This document shows, piece after piece, positions 33,300 through 43,133 of a stretch of DNA of 64,000 nt; position 1 is the first letter of the stretch; each line of letters starts with the position of its first letter. Source of the stretch: Gammaproteobacteria bacterium (GTDB lineage Bacteria > Pseudomonadota > Gammaproteobacteria > Thiohalobacterales > Thiohalobacteraceae); the NCBI GenBank assembly GCA_003695825.1, contig RFHK01000021.1, positions 642-64,641 of the forward strand, given 5' to 3'. The translations under genes were made by a program, and so were the position numbers. Under the pieces are notes generated by a model. It had not been told where the DNA came from. It searched no databases and worked only from the letters and a program-made list of their open reading frames with translations.

Positions 33300-33913
33300 C
33301 AATCCCCGCCGCCCTCCTCCGCCTCGCGGCGCTCGCGCCGCATCTCGGCATCCCGCTGCATGATGTGGCTGCAGATCAGGTCCCGGTCGGATTCCCGAAT
33401 GTGCTCGAATGCCACGGCCACCTGCCAGGGCCGGTTGCCGATGTCGACGTCGATACGCTTGCAGTGCACCACCCGCCCCACGGCGAGGATGCCCAGCGCC
33501 TCGGGCAGGAGGATCAGGCGGACCTCGAGTCGCTCGTCCTGCCCGTATTGCCGGGCGCTGGGAAAGACCAGCCCGCCGGCGCTGAGATTGACCCGCACTG
33601 GTTCCCGGGAATCCGGGGCCACCTGTTCGAGCACGAACAACCGGGCCAGGTGGTTCAGCTTCTGGTCGATCTGGCGCAGGCAGCGGGCGAGCTCGGGGGA
33701 ACGGTTGGAGAAACCGCCGAGCAGGTGGGCCATGGCCCGCGAACCGGACTCGAAGTTCGCCGCCACGGTGAAGCGGTCGGGGACCCGGTCGGCCAGGGTC
33801 TCGCGGATGCGGAGCACGTCCGTCTCCCCGACGGGGCGGTGCTCGAGCAGCACGAAATCGTCGATCCGGTAGAACTCCCGGCGCTCGCGCGAGGGACGGC
33901 AGGGATGCGACAT
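33299..33913 (-). CDS. PilZ-domain (c-di-GMP-binding type) protein
   Basis: 204 aa. REFYRI N-terminal element and REPVRVNLSAGGL (RxxxR..N-x-S-x-x-G PilZ signature). Starts 2 nt after the motB-like stop. Confidence 0.75.
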   Translation of the reverse strand: MSHPCRPSRERREFYRIDDFVLLEHRPVGETDVLRIRETLADRVPDRFTVAANFESGSRAMAHLLGGFSNRSPELARCLRQIDQKLNHLARLFVLEQVAPDSREPVRVNLSAGGLVFPSARQYGQDERLEVRLILLPEALGILAVGRVVHCKRIDVDIGNRPWQVAVAFEHIRESDRDLICSHIMQRDAEMRRERREAEEGGGD

Positions 33914-33915
33914 GG

Positions 33916-35295
33916 TCAGCCTCCGTGCTCCGATGCACCCTGTCGTGGTGCGGGCAACAGGTCGTCAGGCAGGGGGGCGGCCACGAAGGGATCGTCGGCC
34001 TGGGGCCGCGCTGGTGCCGGGGCCGCGGGCCGACCGGGCGCCGCCACTGCCCGAGGTGCGGCTGCACCGCCCCTGCCCTGCGGGCCCGGCGCCTTCACCC
34101 CCGGGGTGACGGCGGCCTTGCCCCTGGAGGCCGGTGCCGGAGCCGCAGGCACACCGGGCCCGCTCGGGTGCGGCGCACGGGCCCGATCAGCGCGTGCCTG
34201 GGCCGCCTTTCGTGCCTTCTCTGCCCGGGCCACCTCGGCCTCGCGGGTTTTGGCGAGCGCCCGACGGGCCGTTGCGGCCGCATCCCGGGACCTGGCCGCC
34301 ACCGGCGTGCGCACGTGCAGGTCGTCCCCCTGCTCGATGACGATCTCCACCCGGCGGTTGCGGGCGCGGTGGGCCGGGGTGTCGTTCGGCACCAGCGGCC
34401 GGGTGTCGGCCAGGCCGCGCACCGAGGCCCGCTTCGGGCTCAGCCCGGCCTCTTCGATCAGCTCCAGCAGCACGGAGACGGCCCGCGCGGCCGAGAGGTC
34501 CCAGTTGGAGCGAAAGTGGTCGTTGAAGATGGGCCGATCGTCGGTGTGGCCCACCACCGTCACCTTCCCCGGCAATTTCTTGAGGAGACGGCCGATACGC
34601 ATGAGCGTGGGACGGAAGCTGTCCTTGAGGTGGTCACTCCCCGGCGCGAAGGTGGCCCGTTCCCGGATGCGGATGACGATCTTCATCCCCTCGCGCAGGA
34701 CCTCGATGTCGCCCTTGCGGACCTGGTCGGCGAGCGCGGCGCGGATCGCCTTCACCCGCTGTTCGAGTACGCGTCTTTGCCGGGCGGCCTTGCGGGCCTG
34801 CATCAGGGCCAGCACCTCGGCCTTGGGCATGACCACCAGCTGGTCGGCCGAGTTCTCGATCTGTCCCGGTTGCTTGTGATCGCCGCCGGCCTTGAGGTCA
34901 TGGGCCGATTCCTGCCGCTTGCCACCCCCCTTGCGCCCCTGCTTGCCATCGTGGTGACGCCGCCGGTGCCGCCCCATGTCCAGGTAACGCTTCATGTCGT
35001 CCGTGGTCATCTGGCGGACGATGTTGAACGGCGTGGGATCCGGCCGTCCGGCACTGAATTCCTGGGCGATGATGTTGATGCCCTTGGGCGGTTCCTTGAC
35101 CCGGACCTCCCGCTGCACGCCGAAGGCCTCGCGCATGGAACCGGCGATCTGTTTGTACTTGGCCACGTCCATCTCGGAGAAGGACAGCAGCAGCACGAAA
35201 AAGCACATGAGCAGCGACATCAGGTCCGCGAAGGTCATGACCCACGCGGGTGCCCCGGCGTCGTCGTTCTTCTGCCCGCTGTCTTCCTCGTCCAT
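33916..35295 (-). CDS. MotB/PomB-like flagellar stator protein (OmpA-like domain) with a long Ala/Pro/Arg-rich C-terminal tail
   Basis: APAWVMTFADLMSLLMCFFVLLLSFS plug/TM with the conserved Asp. VVGHTDDRPI..SNWDLSAARA..NRRVEIVIE OmpA-like domain. About 140 aa of low-complexity tail. Confidence 0.85.
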   Translation of the reverse strand: MDEEDSGQKNDDAGAPAWVMTFADLMSLLMCFFVLLLSFSEMDVAKYKQIAGSMREAFGVQREVRVKEPPKGINIIAQEFSAGRPDPTPFNIVRQMTTDDMKRYLDMGRHRRRHHDGKQGRKGGGKRQESAHDLKAGGDHKQPGQIENSADQLVVMPKAEVLALMQARKAARQRRVLEQRVKAIRAALADQVRKGDIEVLREGMKIVIRIRERATFAPGSDHLKDSFRPTLMRIGRLLKKLPGKVTVVGHTDDRPIFNDHFRSNWDLSAARAVSVLLELIEEAGLSPKRASVRGLADTRPLVPNDTPAHRARNRRVEIVIEQGDDLHVRTPVAARSRDAAATARRALAKTREAEVARAEKARKAAQARADRARAPHPSGPGVPAAPAPASRGKAAVTPGVKAPGPQGRGGAAAPRAVAAPGRPAAPAPARPQADDPFVAAPLPDDLLPAPRQGASEHGG

Positions 35296-35357
35296 CGTCC
35301 GGCTCCGTCAGCCCGCCTCGATCCGGCCGCACCGCGCCCCCGTCACGGAAAAGCGCC

Positions 35358-36128
35358 TCAGGCGGCCTCCTTCTCGCCGGCCGCGTCCCGCTTGCTCGGC
35401 GGCAGGTAGGTCTTGAGCAGTTCCTCCATGACGCGCGGATTGATGCCTTCCTGGATGCCGTTGATGGCCTCGAGGATGAGGCTCTTGTTGAGCCGCTCCT
35501 CCATGGTACGGTGGGCCAGCTTGTCGGCGATGGGCGTGGCGAAGGCGTTGGCGATCACCGCGCCGTACAAGGTGGTGAGCAGGGCCACGGCCATGGCCGG
35601 GCCGATCTTCTTGGGATCGTCCATGTTGGAGAGCATCTGCACCAGGCCGATGAGCGTGCCGATCATGCCCATGGCCGGGGCCACGTCTGCCATGGCCTTG
35701 AAGATCGCCTGGCCGCGTTCGTGCCGCTCGATGGTGAGGTTGATGTCCTTGGTCAGCATGCTGCGCACGAACTCCGGCTCGTGGCCGTCCACGCACAGCT
35801 GGATCCCGCGCTTGAGGAACTCGTTGCCGATCTCCTGGTTCTCCAGGCCCAGCACGCCCTCCTTGCGCGCCACGTTGGCCAGCGCCACGCCCTCGCGGAT
35901 CAGGTCGTTGGGATCCTCGCTCTTGTGGAGAAAGGCCTTGAGCGCGATCTTGAAGGCCGCCAGGAAATGGCCGAGCGGGAACTTCATCAGGACCACGAAG
36001 ATGGTGCCGCCCACCACCACCATCAACGAGGGCACGTTGACGAAGATCAGGGCGCTGCCGCCCATCGCGATGGACCCGATGATGATGCCGAAGGAGCCCA
36101 GCAGCCCCAGGAGTGTCGCCAGATCCAC
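35358..36128 (-). CDS. MotA/PomA-like flagellar stator protein
   Basis: 256 aa. MDLATLLGLLGSFGIIIGSI.., APAMGMIGTLIGLVQML, AVALLTTLYGAVIANAF. GTG start. Confidence 0.9.
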   Translation of the reverse strand: MDLATLLGLLGSFGIIIGSIAMGGSALIFVNVPSLMVVVGGTIFVVLMKFPLGHFLAAFKIALKAFLHKSEDPNDLIREGVALANVARKEGVLGLENQEIGNEFLKRGIQLCVDGHEPEFVRSMLTKDINLTIERHERGQAIFKAMADVAPAMGMIGTLIGLVQMLSNMDDPKKIGPAMAVALLTTLYGAVIANAFATPIADKLAHRTMEERLNKSLILEAINGIQEGINPRVMEELLKTYLPPSKRDAAGEKEAA

Positions 36129-36307
36129 GTCTCACCTCTGTGGTTGTTCTCGACGTCGCGGGCGCATCCTGCACCCCGGACCACCCGGCCCCGATCGTGC
36201 TCCCTCACGGGGCATATCGACCGCCGCGGGGGGAGCTTGAGCCCGTCCCCGCGGGCGCCGATTCCGGTAGAATCCCGGGGCAGACGTGAACCGTCCCGAG
36301 CCCGTCC

Positions 36308-37861
36308 ATGCCGAACGACAGACGCGACCGCCGCCCCGCCCTGCGCCTGAAGGCCGTCGAGATCGACACCTACCGGGAGAACGTCGCCTACCTGCACCGC
36401 AACTGTTCCCTGTACCGCGCGGAAGGCTTCCAGGCCCTCTCCAAGGTCGAGCTGCGCCACGACGGGCGCCGCATCCTCGCCGTGCTGAACGTGGTCGACG
36501 ACGCGAGCATCGTCGGGCCCGGGGAAATCGGTCTCGCCGAGCAGGCCTTCGCGCAGTTCGGGCAGCCCGAGGGGACGGCGGTGGAAGTGGAGCACGCCAC
36601 GCCGCCGGTCTCCATGGAGGCCGTGCGCCGCAAGATGGGGGGAGACCGCCTGGACTTCGGCGACTTCCTGGCGATCGCCCGCGACATCCGCGACTACCGC
36701 TACTCCAAGGTGGAGATCGCCGCCTTCCTGGTGGCCGTCGGCCAGGTCGGGCTGGACCGGGACGAGACCCTGCACCTGACCCGGGCCATGCTCGAGACCG
36801 GCGATCGCATCGACTGGGACGAGCCCCTGGTGGCCGACAAGCACTGTATCGGGGGCATTCCCGGCAACCGGACCTCCATGCTGGTGGTGCCCATCGTGGC
36901 CGCCCACGGCATGCTCATCCCCAAGACCTCCTCGCGCGCCATCACCTCCCCGGCGGGCACGGCCGATTCCATGGAGGTCCTCGCACGGGTCACCCTCACC
37001 CCGGAGGAACTGCACGAGATCGTGCGCCACCACCGCGGTTGCCTGGCCTGGGGCGGTACCGCCCGGCTGGCGCCGGTGGACGACATCCTCATCTCCGTGG
37101 AGCGGCCCCTGGCCCTCGACGCGCCGGAACAGATGGTGGCCTCGATCCTCTCCAAGAAGCTCGCCGCGGGTTCCACGCACCTGTTGCTCGACATCCCGGT
37201 CGGCCCCACGGCCAAGGTGCGCACCCTGGACCAGGCGCTCAGGCTGCGCAAGCGCTTCGAATACGTCGGCGACCGCCTCGGCCTGCACCTGGAGGCCGTG
37301 CTCACCGACGGCCGGCAGCCCATCGGCCGCGGCATCGGCCCGGTGCTGGAGGCCCGCGACGTGATGCAGGTCCTGGAACAGGATCCGAACGCGCCGGCCG
37401 ACCTGCGGCAGAAGGCCCTCCACCTGGCCGGGCGCATCATCGAGTTCGACCCGGACGTGCGGGGAGGGCAGGGCTACAGCATCGCGCGCGACATCCTGGA
37501 ATCCGGCCGGGCGCTGGCGAAGATGAACGCCATCATCGATGCCCAGGGCCGCAACCCCGAGCCCCACTCGCCCGGACACCTGAGCTTCGAGGTGACCGCG
37601 GAACGGGCCGGTTACGTGGCCGCCATCGACAACTACCACCTGGCGCGCATCGCCCGCCTCGCCGGTGCGCCGCTCAGCAAGGGGGCCGGCGTGGACCTGC
37701 TGCGCAAGGTGGGTGACCGGGTGGAGGCCGGCGAACCGCTCTACCGTGTCCATGCCGAGGTCCCCGCGGAATACCGCTTCGCCCGTGAGTACACCCACCG
37801 GCACAACGGCTATACCCTGAGTGAGGCGCCCGTGGAACCCTTCATCCCCATGGATTTCTGA
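36308..37861 (+). CDS. thymidine phosphorylase-family protein (long AMP-phosphorylase-like form)
   Basis: 517 aa. N-terminal extension, then ..[43 protein letters not shown].. glycosyltransferase-family-3 core. Confidence 0.85.
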   Translation: MPNDRRDRRPALRLKAVEIDTYRENVAYLHRNCSLYRAEGFQALSKVELRHDGRRILAVLNVVDDASIVGPGEIGLAEQAFAQFGQPEGTAVEVEHATPPVSMEAVRRKMGGDRLDFGDFLAIARDIRDYRYSKVEIAAFLVAVGQVGLDRDETLHLTRAMLETGDRIDWDEPLVADKHCIGGIPGNRTSMLVVPIVAAHGMLIPKTSSRAITSPAGTADSMEVLARVTLTPEELHEIVRHHRGCLAWGGTARLAPVDDILISVERPLALDAPEQMVASILSKKLAAGSTHLLLDIPVGPTAKVRTLDQALRLRKRFEYVGDRLGLHLEAVLTDGRQPIGRGIGPVLEARDVMQVLEQDPNAPADLRQKALHLAGRIIEFDPDVRGGQGYSIARDILESGRALAKMNAIIDAQGRNPEPHSPGHLSFEVTAERAGYVAAIDNYHLARIARLAGAPLSKGAGVDLLRKVGDRVEAGEPLYRVHAEVPAEYRFAREYTHRHNGYTLSEAPVEPFIPMDF

Positions 37862-37863
37862 GG

Positions 37864-38772
37864 ATGGACCCGGTCCTGCTGCACTTCCCGGATCAGGCCG
37901 CCCCGGCCGCCCGCCTGGCCGAGGCCCTGGCCTTGCCGAAGGCCGAGATCCACGTGCACCGCTTTCCCGACGGGGAGGTCCTCGTGCGCCTGCCCGAGAC
38001 CGGGAGCGAGACGGTGGTGGTGATGCACGCGCTCTCCCCCGCCAACGACCGCCTGGTGGAACTCGGCCTGGCCTGCGAGACCCTGCGGGCCCAGGGCCGG
38101 CGCGTGCTGCTCGTGCTGCCCTACCTGTGCTACATGCGCCAGGACACCGCCTTCCGGCCGGGGGAGGTCGTCAGCCAACACATCGTGGGGCGCTGGCTGG
38201 CGCACTGGGGCGATGCCCTGGTCACGGTCGATCCCCACCTGCACCGCACGCACCGCCTCGAGGACGCGGTACCCGTCGCCCGGGCACGCGTCGTCAGTGC
38301 CGCGCCCCTGCTCGGCCGGTATGCCGCCGCGCGCTGGCCCGGCTGCCTGCTGCTCGGCCCGGACGAGGAGTCTGCCCAATGGGTGCGCCAGGCCGCCGAG
38401 CCGGTGGGGCTGGAATGGGCGGTGGCGCACAAGGTGCGGGAAGGCGACCGGTCCGTCCGCATCCGCCTCCCGGAGCACCCCAGGCTGCGCGGTCGCACCC
38501 TGGTGCTGATCGACGACATGGCGGTCACCGGCCGCACCCTCGCCGAGGCCGCCCGGCTGGCCCGCCGCGGCGGCGCCGCGCAGGTGCATGCCCTGGTCAC
38601 CCACGCCCTGTTCACCCCGGATGCCTTGCCCGCCCTGCAGGCCGCCGGGATCACGGAGATCGCGAGCAGCGACACCCTCCCCCACCCCAGCAACCGGATC
38701 CAGCTCTCCGGGGCCCTGGCCGCGGCCCTCCGCCCCCTGCTGGAGTCCCGCGCCGTACCGGGAGATCCCTGA
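37864..38772 (+). CDS. ribose-phosphate pyrophosphokinase (Prs)-family protein
   Basis: 302 aa. HRFPDGEVLVRL.., LVLPYLCYMRQD, VTVDPHLH, LVLIDDMAVTGRTL PRPP loop. Starts 3 nt after the previous stop. Confidence 0.8.
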   Translation: MDPVLLHFPDQAAPAARLAEALALPKAEIHVHRFPDGEVLVRLPETGSETVVVMHALSPANDRLVELGLACETLRAQGRRVLLVLPYLCYMRQDTAFRPGEVVSQHIVGRWLAHWGDALVTVDPHLHRTHRLEDAVPVARARVVSAAPLLGRYAAARWPGCLLLGPDEESAQWVRQAAEPVGLEWAVAHKVREGDRSVRIRLPEHPRLRGRTLVLIDDMAVTGRTLAEAARLARRGGAAQVHALVTHALFTPDALPALQAAGITEIASSDTLPHPSNRIQLSGALAAALRPLLESRAVPGDP

Positions 38773-39434
38773 TGCCCTTCTCGCCCTTTCAGTTCCTGCT
38801 CTTCCTGTTCCTCGTCGTCTTCCTGGTCGCCTTCGTCCAGGTCGGCCTGCTGACCCTGGCCTTCGACAAGCTGGGCATCTCGCCCATGGCCGGCCTCACG
38901 CTGCTGCTGGCCTCCCTGTTCGGCAGTGCGATCAATCTGCCCGTGGCCCGGATCCGGGCCGACGATGCCTGGTCGGGCCCGGTCCCGCCCCGGCTGCGTG
39001 GCCTGTTGCGCGGTCCCATGGCCCCGTTCACCGGGCAGACGGTCATCGCCGTGAACGTGGGGGGGTGCATCATCCCGGTCCTCTTCTCGCTGCATCTCCT
39101 CACGCACCGACCGGTGGACCCGGGAGACCTGCTGCTGGCCACGGCCTTCGTCACCTTCATCAGCTACCGCTTCAGCCAGCCGGTCCCCGGGCTGGGGATT
39201 GCCATGCCCATGATCATCCCGCCGCTGGCGGCCGCCTTCGCCGCCCTCCTGCTCGACGGCACCGGCAATGCGCCCCTGGCGTACATCAGTGGTACGCTCG
39301 GCGTGCTGCTGGGTGCGGACCTCCTGCACCTGAAGGACATCCGTCACCTGGGGACGCCCCTGGCCTCGATCGGCGGCGCCGGAACCTTCGACGGCATCTT
39401 CATGACCGGCATCATCGCCGCGCTGCTGGCGTGA
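38772..39434 (+). CDS. DUF1614-like polytopic membrane protein
   Basis: 220 aa, multi-TM. NLPVARIR..VIAVNVGGCIIPV..GIAMPMIIPPL. The ATG shares 1 nt with the upstream TGA. Family name is from memory. Confidence 0.55.
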   Translation: MPFSPFQFLLFLFLVVFLVAFVQVGLLTLAFDKLGISPMAGLTLLLASLFGSAINLPVARIRADDAWSGPVPPRLRGLLRGPMAPFTGQTVIAVNVGGCIIPVLFSLHLLTHRPVDPGDLLLATAFVTFISYRFSQPVPGLGIAMPMIIPPLAAAFAALLLDGTGNAPLAYISGTLGVLLGADLLHLKDIRHLGTPLASIGGAGTFDGIFMTGIIAALLA

Positions 39435-39490
39435 GCAGAAGCTCCCGGCTCCCAGCTCCTAGCTCCCAGCTCCTAGCTCCCAGCTCCTTC
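39435..39490. repeat. heptanucleotide tandem array (gcagaag ctcccgg ctcccag ctcctag ctcccag ctcctag ctcccag ctccttc)
   Basis: Read directly. Period 7. Fills the 38-nt gap between convergent genes and supplies the TAG stop (39473-39475) and last codons of the minus-strand gene. Confidence 0.9.
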
Positions 39491-40060
39491 TCCCCCTCTC
39501 CCTTCCTTCTTCTTCAGGATCGCCCGCCGCGACCAGATCCAGACGTAGAGCAACCCGCTGCTCAGGGTGGTGAAGACCAGGCCCCACTGCAGGGCCTGCA
39601 ACCATCCGGGATCGAGCGGCGCATACCCCCGGTCATAGAGGTGGGCGAAGACGTAGAGCAGCTGCACCAGGGTGTTGAATTTGCTGATCAGGAGGGGTTC
39701 GGCGACCAGGGGTTCGATGAGCAGGTGGTAGGCAAGGGCCCCGGTGACGATGACGAGATCCCGCCCGATCACCAGCCACACCAGCCACCCGGGGATGATC
39801 CCCGCGGCGGCGAGCGCGAGAAAGGACGAGACCATGAGCAGCTTGTCCGCCACCGGATCGAGCAGGCCGCCGAGGCGCGAGGTCCAGCGGTACCGGCGGG
39901 CGAGGAAGCCGTCCAGTCCATCCGTGAAACCGGCGAGGAGAAATAACGACAGGGCGCGCCCGTAGCGGCCGGCGAGCAAGGCCTCCACCAGCGGCCACAC
40001 GAGGAGCATCCGGAAGAGGGTTAGCAGATTGGGCAGATGGCGGGCCAGGCGATGCGCCAT
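39473..40060 (-). CDS. CDP-alcohol phosphatidyltransferase (PgsA-like)
   Basis: [42 protein letters not shown] (DG(x)2AR..G(x)3D(x)3D motif). Confidence 0.85.
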   Translation of the reverse strand: MAHRLARHLPNLLTLFRMLLVWPLVEALLAGRYGRALSLFLLAGFTDGLDGFLARRYRWTSRLGGLLDPVADKLLMVSSFLALAAAGIIPGWLVWLVIGRDLVIVTGALAYHLLIEPLVAEPLLISKFNTLVQLLYVFAHLYDRGYAPLDPGWLQALQWGLVFTTLSSGLLYVWIWSRRAILKKKEGRGGEGAGS

Positions 40061-40069
40061 GGATCCCCC

Positions 40070-41155
40070 TCAGCCGGTGTTGCCCGCCGCGGGCACCCAG
40101 CGCAGCCGCAGCAAGGGCGTGGTCTCGACGATTTCCAGCCCGGCGAGGTGCCCCAGGGCCGATTCCAGCGCCGCCATGCCTCCCTCCACCACGAGCAGGA
40201 ATTCGACTTCCCCGGACGCCACCCGCACGAGCCGCACGGCCTGCACGGGTGCCAGGGAGGCCAGGCGCCGGCGCACCGCCAGGTGGGCGGCGAGGTCCTC
40301 GACCCCTTCGACGCGGACCGGGATCTGCAGGCCGGAGCCCGTGCTGCGCAGCGCCAGCCGCGCGGCCAGGCGGTCGGCCACCCCGTCGACGCCCGTGGCC
40401 AGCAGTGCCGCAGGATCCCGGGCCGTGGCCTCCCATTCCTGCTGTTCTCCCGCGAAATCCAGCAACCAGCGGCCCCGCCAGAGACCGGCGGCGTCCCGGC
40501 GCACGCGGCCGGCGAGGATCGCGGGCCGGGCGTCGTAGCGCAGCGAGGCCTGTCGCAAGGGTTCGAGGAAGCCGCCCCAGACGTCCGGGAGACGCACCGC
40601 GCGGGTATCCTCCAGGTCCAGCAGGGGCAGGACCAGGGGCAGGCCCCGGCGCTCGGCGGCCCGGTGCAGGGCCTGGACCCGGGGATCGTCGGGTGCGTCC
40701 CCGAGCAGCCCGCGCCGCCCCCCGTCCTCGAGGGCGATCCAGGCCACCACGGCGGGCCGGTCCGGATCCCAGACCGGCAAGCCCAGCCGCCGCAGGACAC
40801 GGACCACGCCCGCACGATCGAAGCGCAGGCGCAGCAACAACCCCTCGGGGGGTGCCCCGGCCTCCTGCTGCAGGCGGCGGTAACTGTATGCGACCAGGTA
40901 GCGGGACGGTTGTCGGAGCAGGGGCTCCAGGGCCGCGACGTCCTCGACCGGGTGCATGCCCGTCAGGCGGACGAGCAGGATCGTCATCCCGCGATGCAGG
41001 GCCTCCTGCCGGGCCTGGACACCCCGGTCCGGCACGGTGAGCTCGACCACCTCGACCGGGACCCGGACCGCCTGCACCGCCGAGGATGGCAGCCACAGTC
41101 CGAGCCAGAGGAGGAACAGGACGCCGGGACGGTGGCACAGGGTTCTGAGACTCAT
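40070..41155 (-). CDS. DUF2066-like exported protein (divergent from purM)
   Basis: 361 aa from [27 protein letters not shown] (signal). Only this part of the 933-aa track ORF looks coding. Family name is from memory of the conserved purM-divergent gene. Confidence 0.6.
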   Translation of the reverse strand: MSLRTLCHRPGVLFLLWLGLWLPSSAVQAVRVPVEVVELTVPDRGVQARQEALHRGMTILLVRLTGMHPVEDVAALEPLLRQPSRYLVAYSYRRLQQEAGAPPEGLLLRLRFDRAGVVRVLRRLGLPVWDPDRPAVVAWIALEDGGRRGLLGDAPDDPRVQALHRAAERRGLPLVLPLLDLEDTRAVRLPDVWGGFLEPLRQASLRYDARPAILAGRVRRDAAGLWRGRWLLDFAGEQQEWEATARDPAALLATGVDGVADRLAARLALRSTGSGLQIPVRVEGVEDLAAHLAVRRRLASLAPVQAVRLVRVASGEVEFLLVVEGGMAALESALGHLAGLEIVETTPLLRLRWVPAAGNTG

Positions 41156-41251
41156 CGGGATGCGCTGCGATGCGTACCGAAACTCGGGCAACGATTTGGG
41201 TACAATAGCACAGCCGCAACCCGGGGCCACGCCCCGAGACGAGGAACCGCC

Positions 41252-42298
41252 GTGGAATCGAAGGACAGTTCGCGCCCCCTGCGCTACCGGGACGCCGGGG
41301 TCGACATCGATGCGGGCAACCGGCTGGTGGCACGCATCGGGGAAGCCGTGCGCCGCACCCACCGTCCCGGCGTGCTGGGAGAACTGGGGGGCTTCGGTGG
41401 CCTCTTCGCCTTTCCGGCGGACCGCTACCGCGAACCGGTGCTGGTCTCCGGGACCGACGGGGTCGGGACCAAGCTGCGCCTGGCGATCGAGACGGGACGC
41501 CACGAGCAGATCGGCATCGACCTGGTGGCCATGTGCGTCAACGACATCGTGGTCACCGGGGCCGAGCCCCTCTTCTTCCTCGACTACTATGCGACCGGAC
41601 GGCTGGACGTGGAACAGGCCGCGACCGTCATCCAGGGCATCGCGGAAGGCTGCCGCCAGGCGGGCTGTGCGCTGATCGGTGGGGAGACGGCCGAGATGCC
41701 GGGCCTCTACGGCGAGGGCGACTACGACCTCGCCGGCTTCGCGGTGGGCGTGGTGGAGCGCGACCGGATCATCGATGGCCAGCGCGTGCGCCCGGGCGAT
41801 GCCCTGTTGGCCCTGGCCTCGAGCGGTCCCCACTCCAACGGCTATTCCCTGATCCGCCACATCCTGCGCATGCGCCGGGTGGACCTGGACCGCCCCTTCG
41901 CCGGGCGTACCCTGGGCGAGGTGCTCCTGGAACCCACCCGCATCTACGTGCGTGCCCTGCGCGCGCTCTACGAGGCCGTGGACGTGCATGCCGTGGCCCA
42001 CATCACGGGCGGCGGGTTGACCGAGAACCTGCCCCGGGTCCTGCCAGACGGGACCCAGGCCAGCATCCACCAGCAGAGCTGGACGTGGCCGGAGATCTTC
42101 GAATGGCTGCAGGCCGAGGGCAACATCGAGACCGGCGAGATGCTGCGCACCTTCAACTGCGGCGTGGGCATGGTCGTCGCCGTCGACGAGTCCCAGGCCG
42201 AGGCGGCCCTCCAGCGCCTGGCCGAGCTCGGTGAACGGGCCTGGCGGATCGGGCGCGTCGTCGAGGCCGAGGGCCCACCGCGGGTGCGCTACGACTGA
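41252..42298 (+). CDS. purM: phosphoribosylformylglycinamidine cyclo-ligase PurM
   Basis: [64 protein letters not shown] start with GAGGA RBS. Confidence 0.95.
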   Translation: MESKDSSRPLRYRDAGVDIDAGNRLVARIGEAVRRTHRPGVLGELGGFGGLFAFPADRYREPVLVSGTDGVGTKLRLAIETGRHEQIGIDLVAMCVNDIVVTGAEPLFFLDYYATGRLDVEQAATVIQGIAEGCRQAGCALIGGETAEMPGLYGEGDYDLAGFAVGVVERDRIIDGQRVRPGDALLALASSGPHSNGYSLIRHILRMRRVDLDRPFAGRTLGEVLLEPTRIYVRALRALYEAVDVHAVAHITGGGLTENLPRVLPDGTQASIHQQSWTWPEIFEWLQAEGNIETGEMLRTFNCGVGMVVAVDESQAEAALQRLAELGERAWRIGRVVEAEGPPRVRYD

Positions 42299-42301
42299 AC
42301 C

Positions 42302-42967
42302 ATGAGCACGCCCCTTTCCCCTCTCCTCTCGCTCGTCGTGCTGATCTCCGGTCGGGGCAGCAACCTGCAGGCCATCCTCGAGGCGATCGCCCAGGGGCGG
42401 CTTGCGGCCGAGGTGCGCGCCGTGATCAGCAACCGGCCCGGGGCCGCGGGGCTCGCGCACGCCCGCCGGGCCGGCATCCCGGCGGAGGTGGTCGATCACC
42501 GGGAATACACCGACCGCGAGGCCTTCGACCGGGCGCTCGCGGACCGGATCGACCGGTACCGACCCGACCTCGTCGTCCTGGCCGGTTTCATGCGCATCCT
42601 GGGACCGGAGTTCGTGCGCCGCTACCGGGGCCGTCTGATCAACATCCACCCTTCCCTGCTGCCGAAGTTCAAGGGCCTGGAGACCCATCGCCGGGCACTC
42701 GAGGCCGGTGAGCGGGAACACGGTGCCAGCGTGCACCTGGTGACGGAGGAACTCGACGGCGGCCCGCTGCTGATGCAGGCCCGCGTGCCCATCCTGCCGG
42801 GCGATACGCCCGAGCGCCTGGCGGCCCGGGTCCTGGAGCAGGAACATCGTCTCTACCCGGCGGTCCTGCAATTGTTCGCGGAAGGGCGCCTGACCACCGA
42901 CAGTGCAGGTCGGCCCCGTCTGGATGGGCGACCGCTCGAGCGACCGCTGGCCCTGGACGCCTCATGA
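42302..42967 (+). CDS. purN: phosphoribosylglycinamide formyltransferase PurN
   Basis: VVLISGRGSNLQAI..VISNRPGAAGL..LAGFMRILGPEF..INIHPSLLPKFKGL..HGASVHLVTEELDGGP. Confidence 0.93.
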   Translation: MSTPLSPLLSLVVLISGRGSNLQAILEAIAQGRLAAEVRAVISNRPGAAGLAHARRAGIPAEVVDHREYTDREAFDRALADRIDRYRPDLVVLAGFMRILGPEFVRRYRGRLINIHPSLLPKFKGLETHRRALEAGEREHGASVHLVTEELDGGPLLMQARVPILPGDTPERLAARVLEQEHRLYPAVLQLFAEGRLTTDSAGRPRLDGRPLERPLALDAS

Positions 42968-43133
42968 AGCACGCGCCCTTGCTGCAGTCCCCCGCAGGCC
43001 CGGGCCCAACCGCCACCGGGCATCCTGCCCCGGCTGCACCCGCTCGTCCCCGGCATGGATGCCGCGGTCGAGAGGCGTGCCGGTGGCACGGCGGTGCCGT
43101 CGAACCGGCCTCCCGGCAAGGAGTACGATCCCC

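Noticed and set aside
36047-37804. 585-aa minus-strand ORF opposite the thymidine-phosphorylase-like gene, and the 36286-37716 plus ORF in another frame
   Set aside because: The 36308-37861 frame carries the recognisable glycosyltransferase-family-3 motifs. The others are G/R/P/A-rich with no motifs.
40070-42871. 933-aa minus-strand ORF
   Set aside because: Only the last 361 codons (40070-41155, DUF2066-like, with its own signal peptide and ATG) look genuine. The upstream part is antisense to purM and purN, which are unambiguous.
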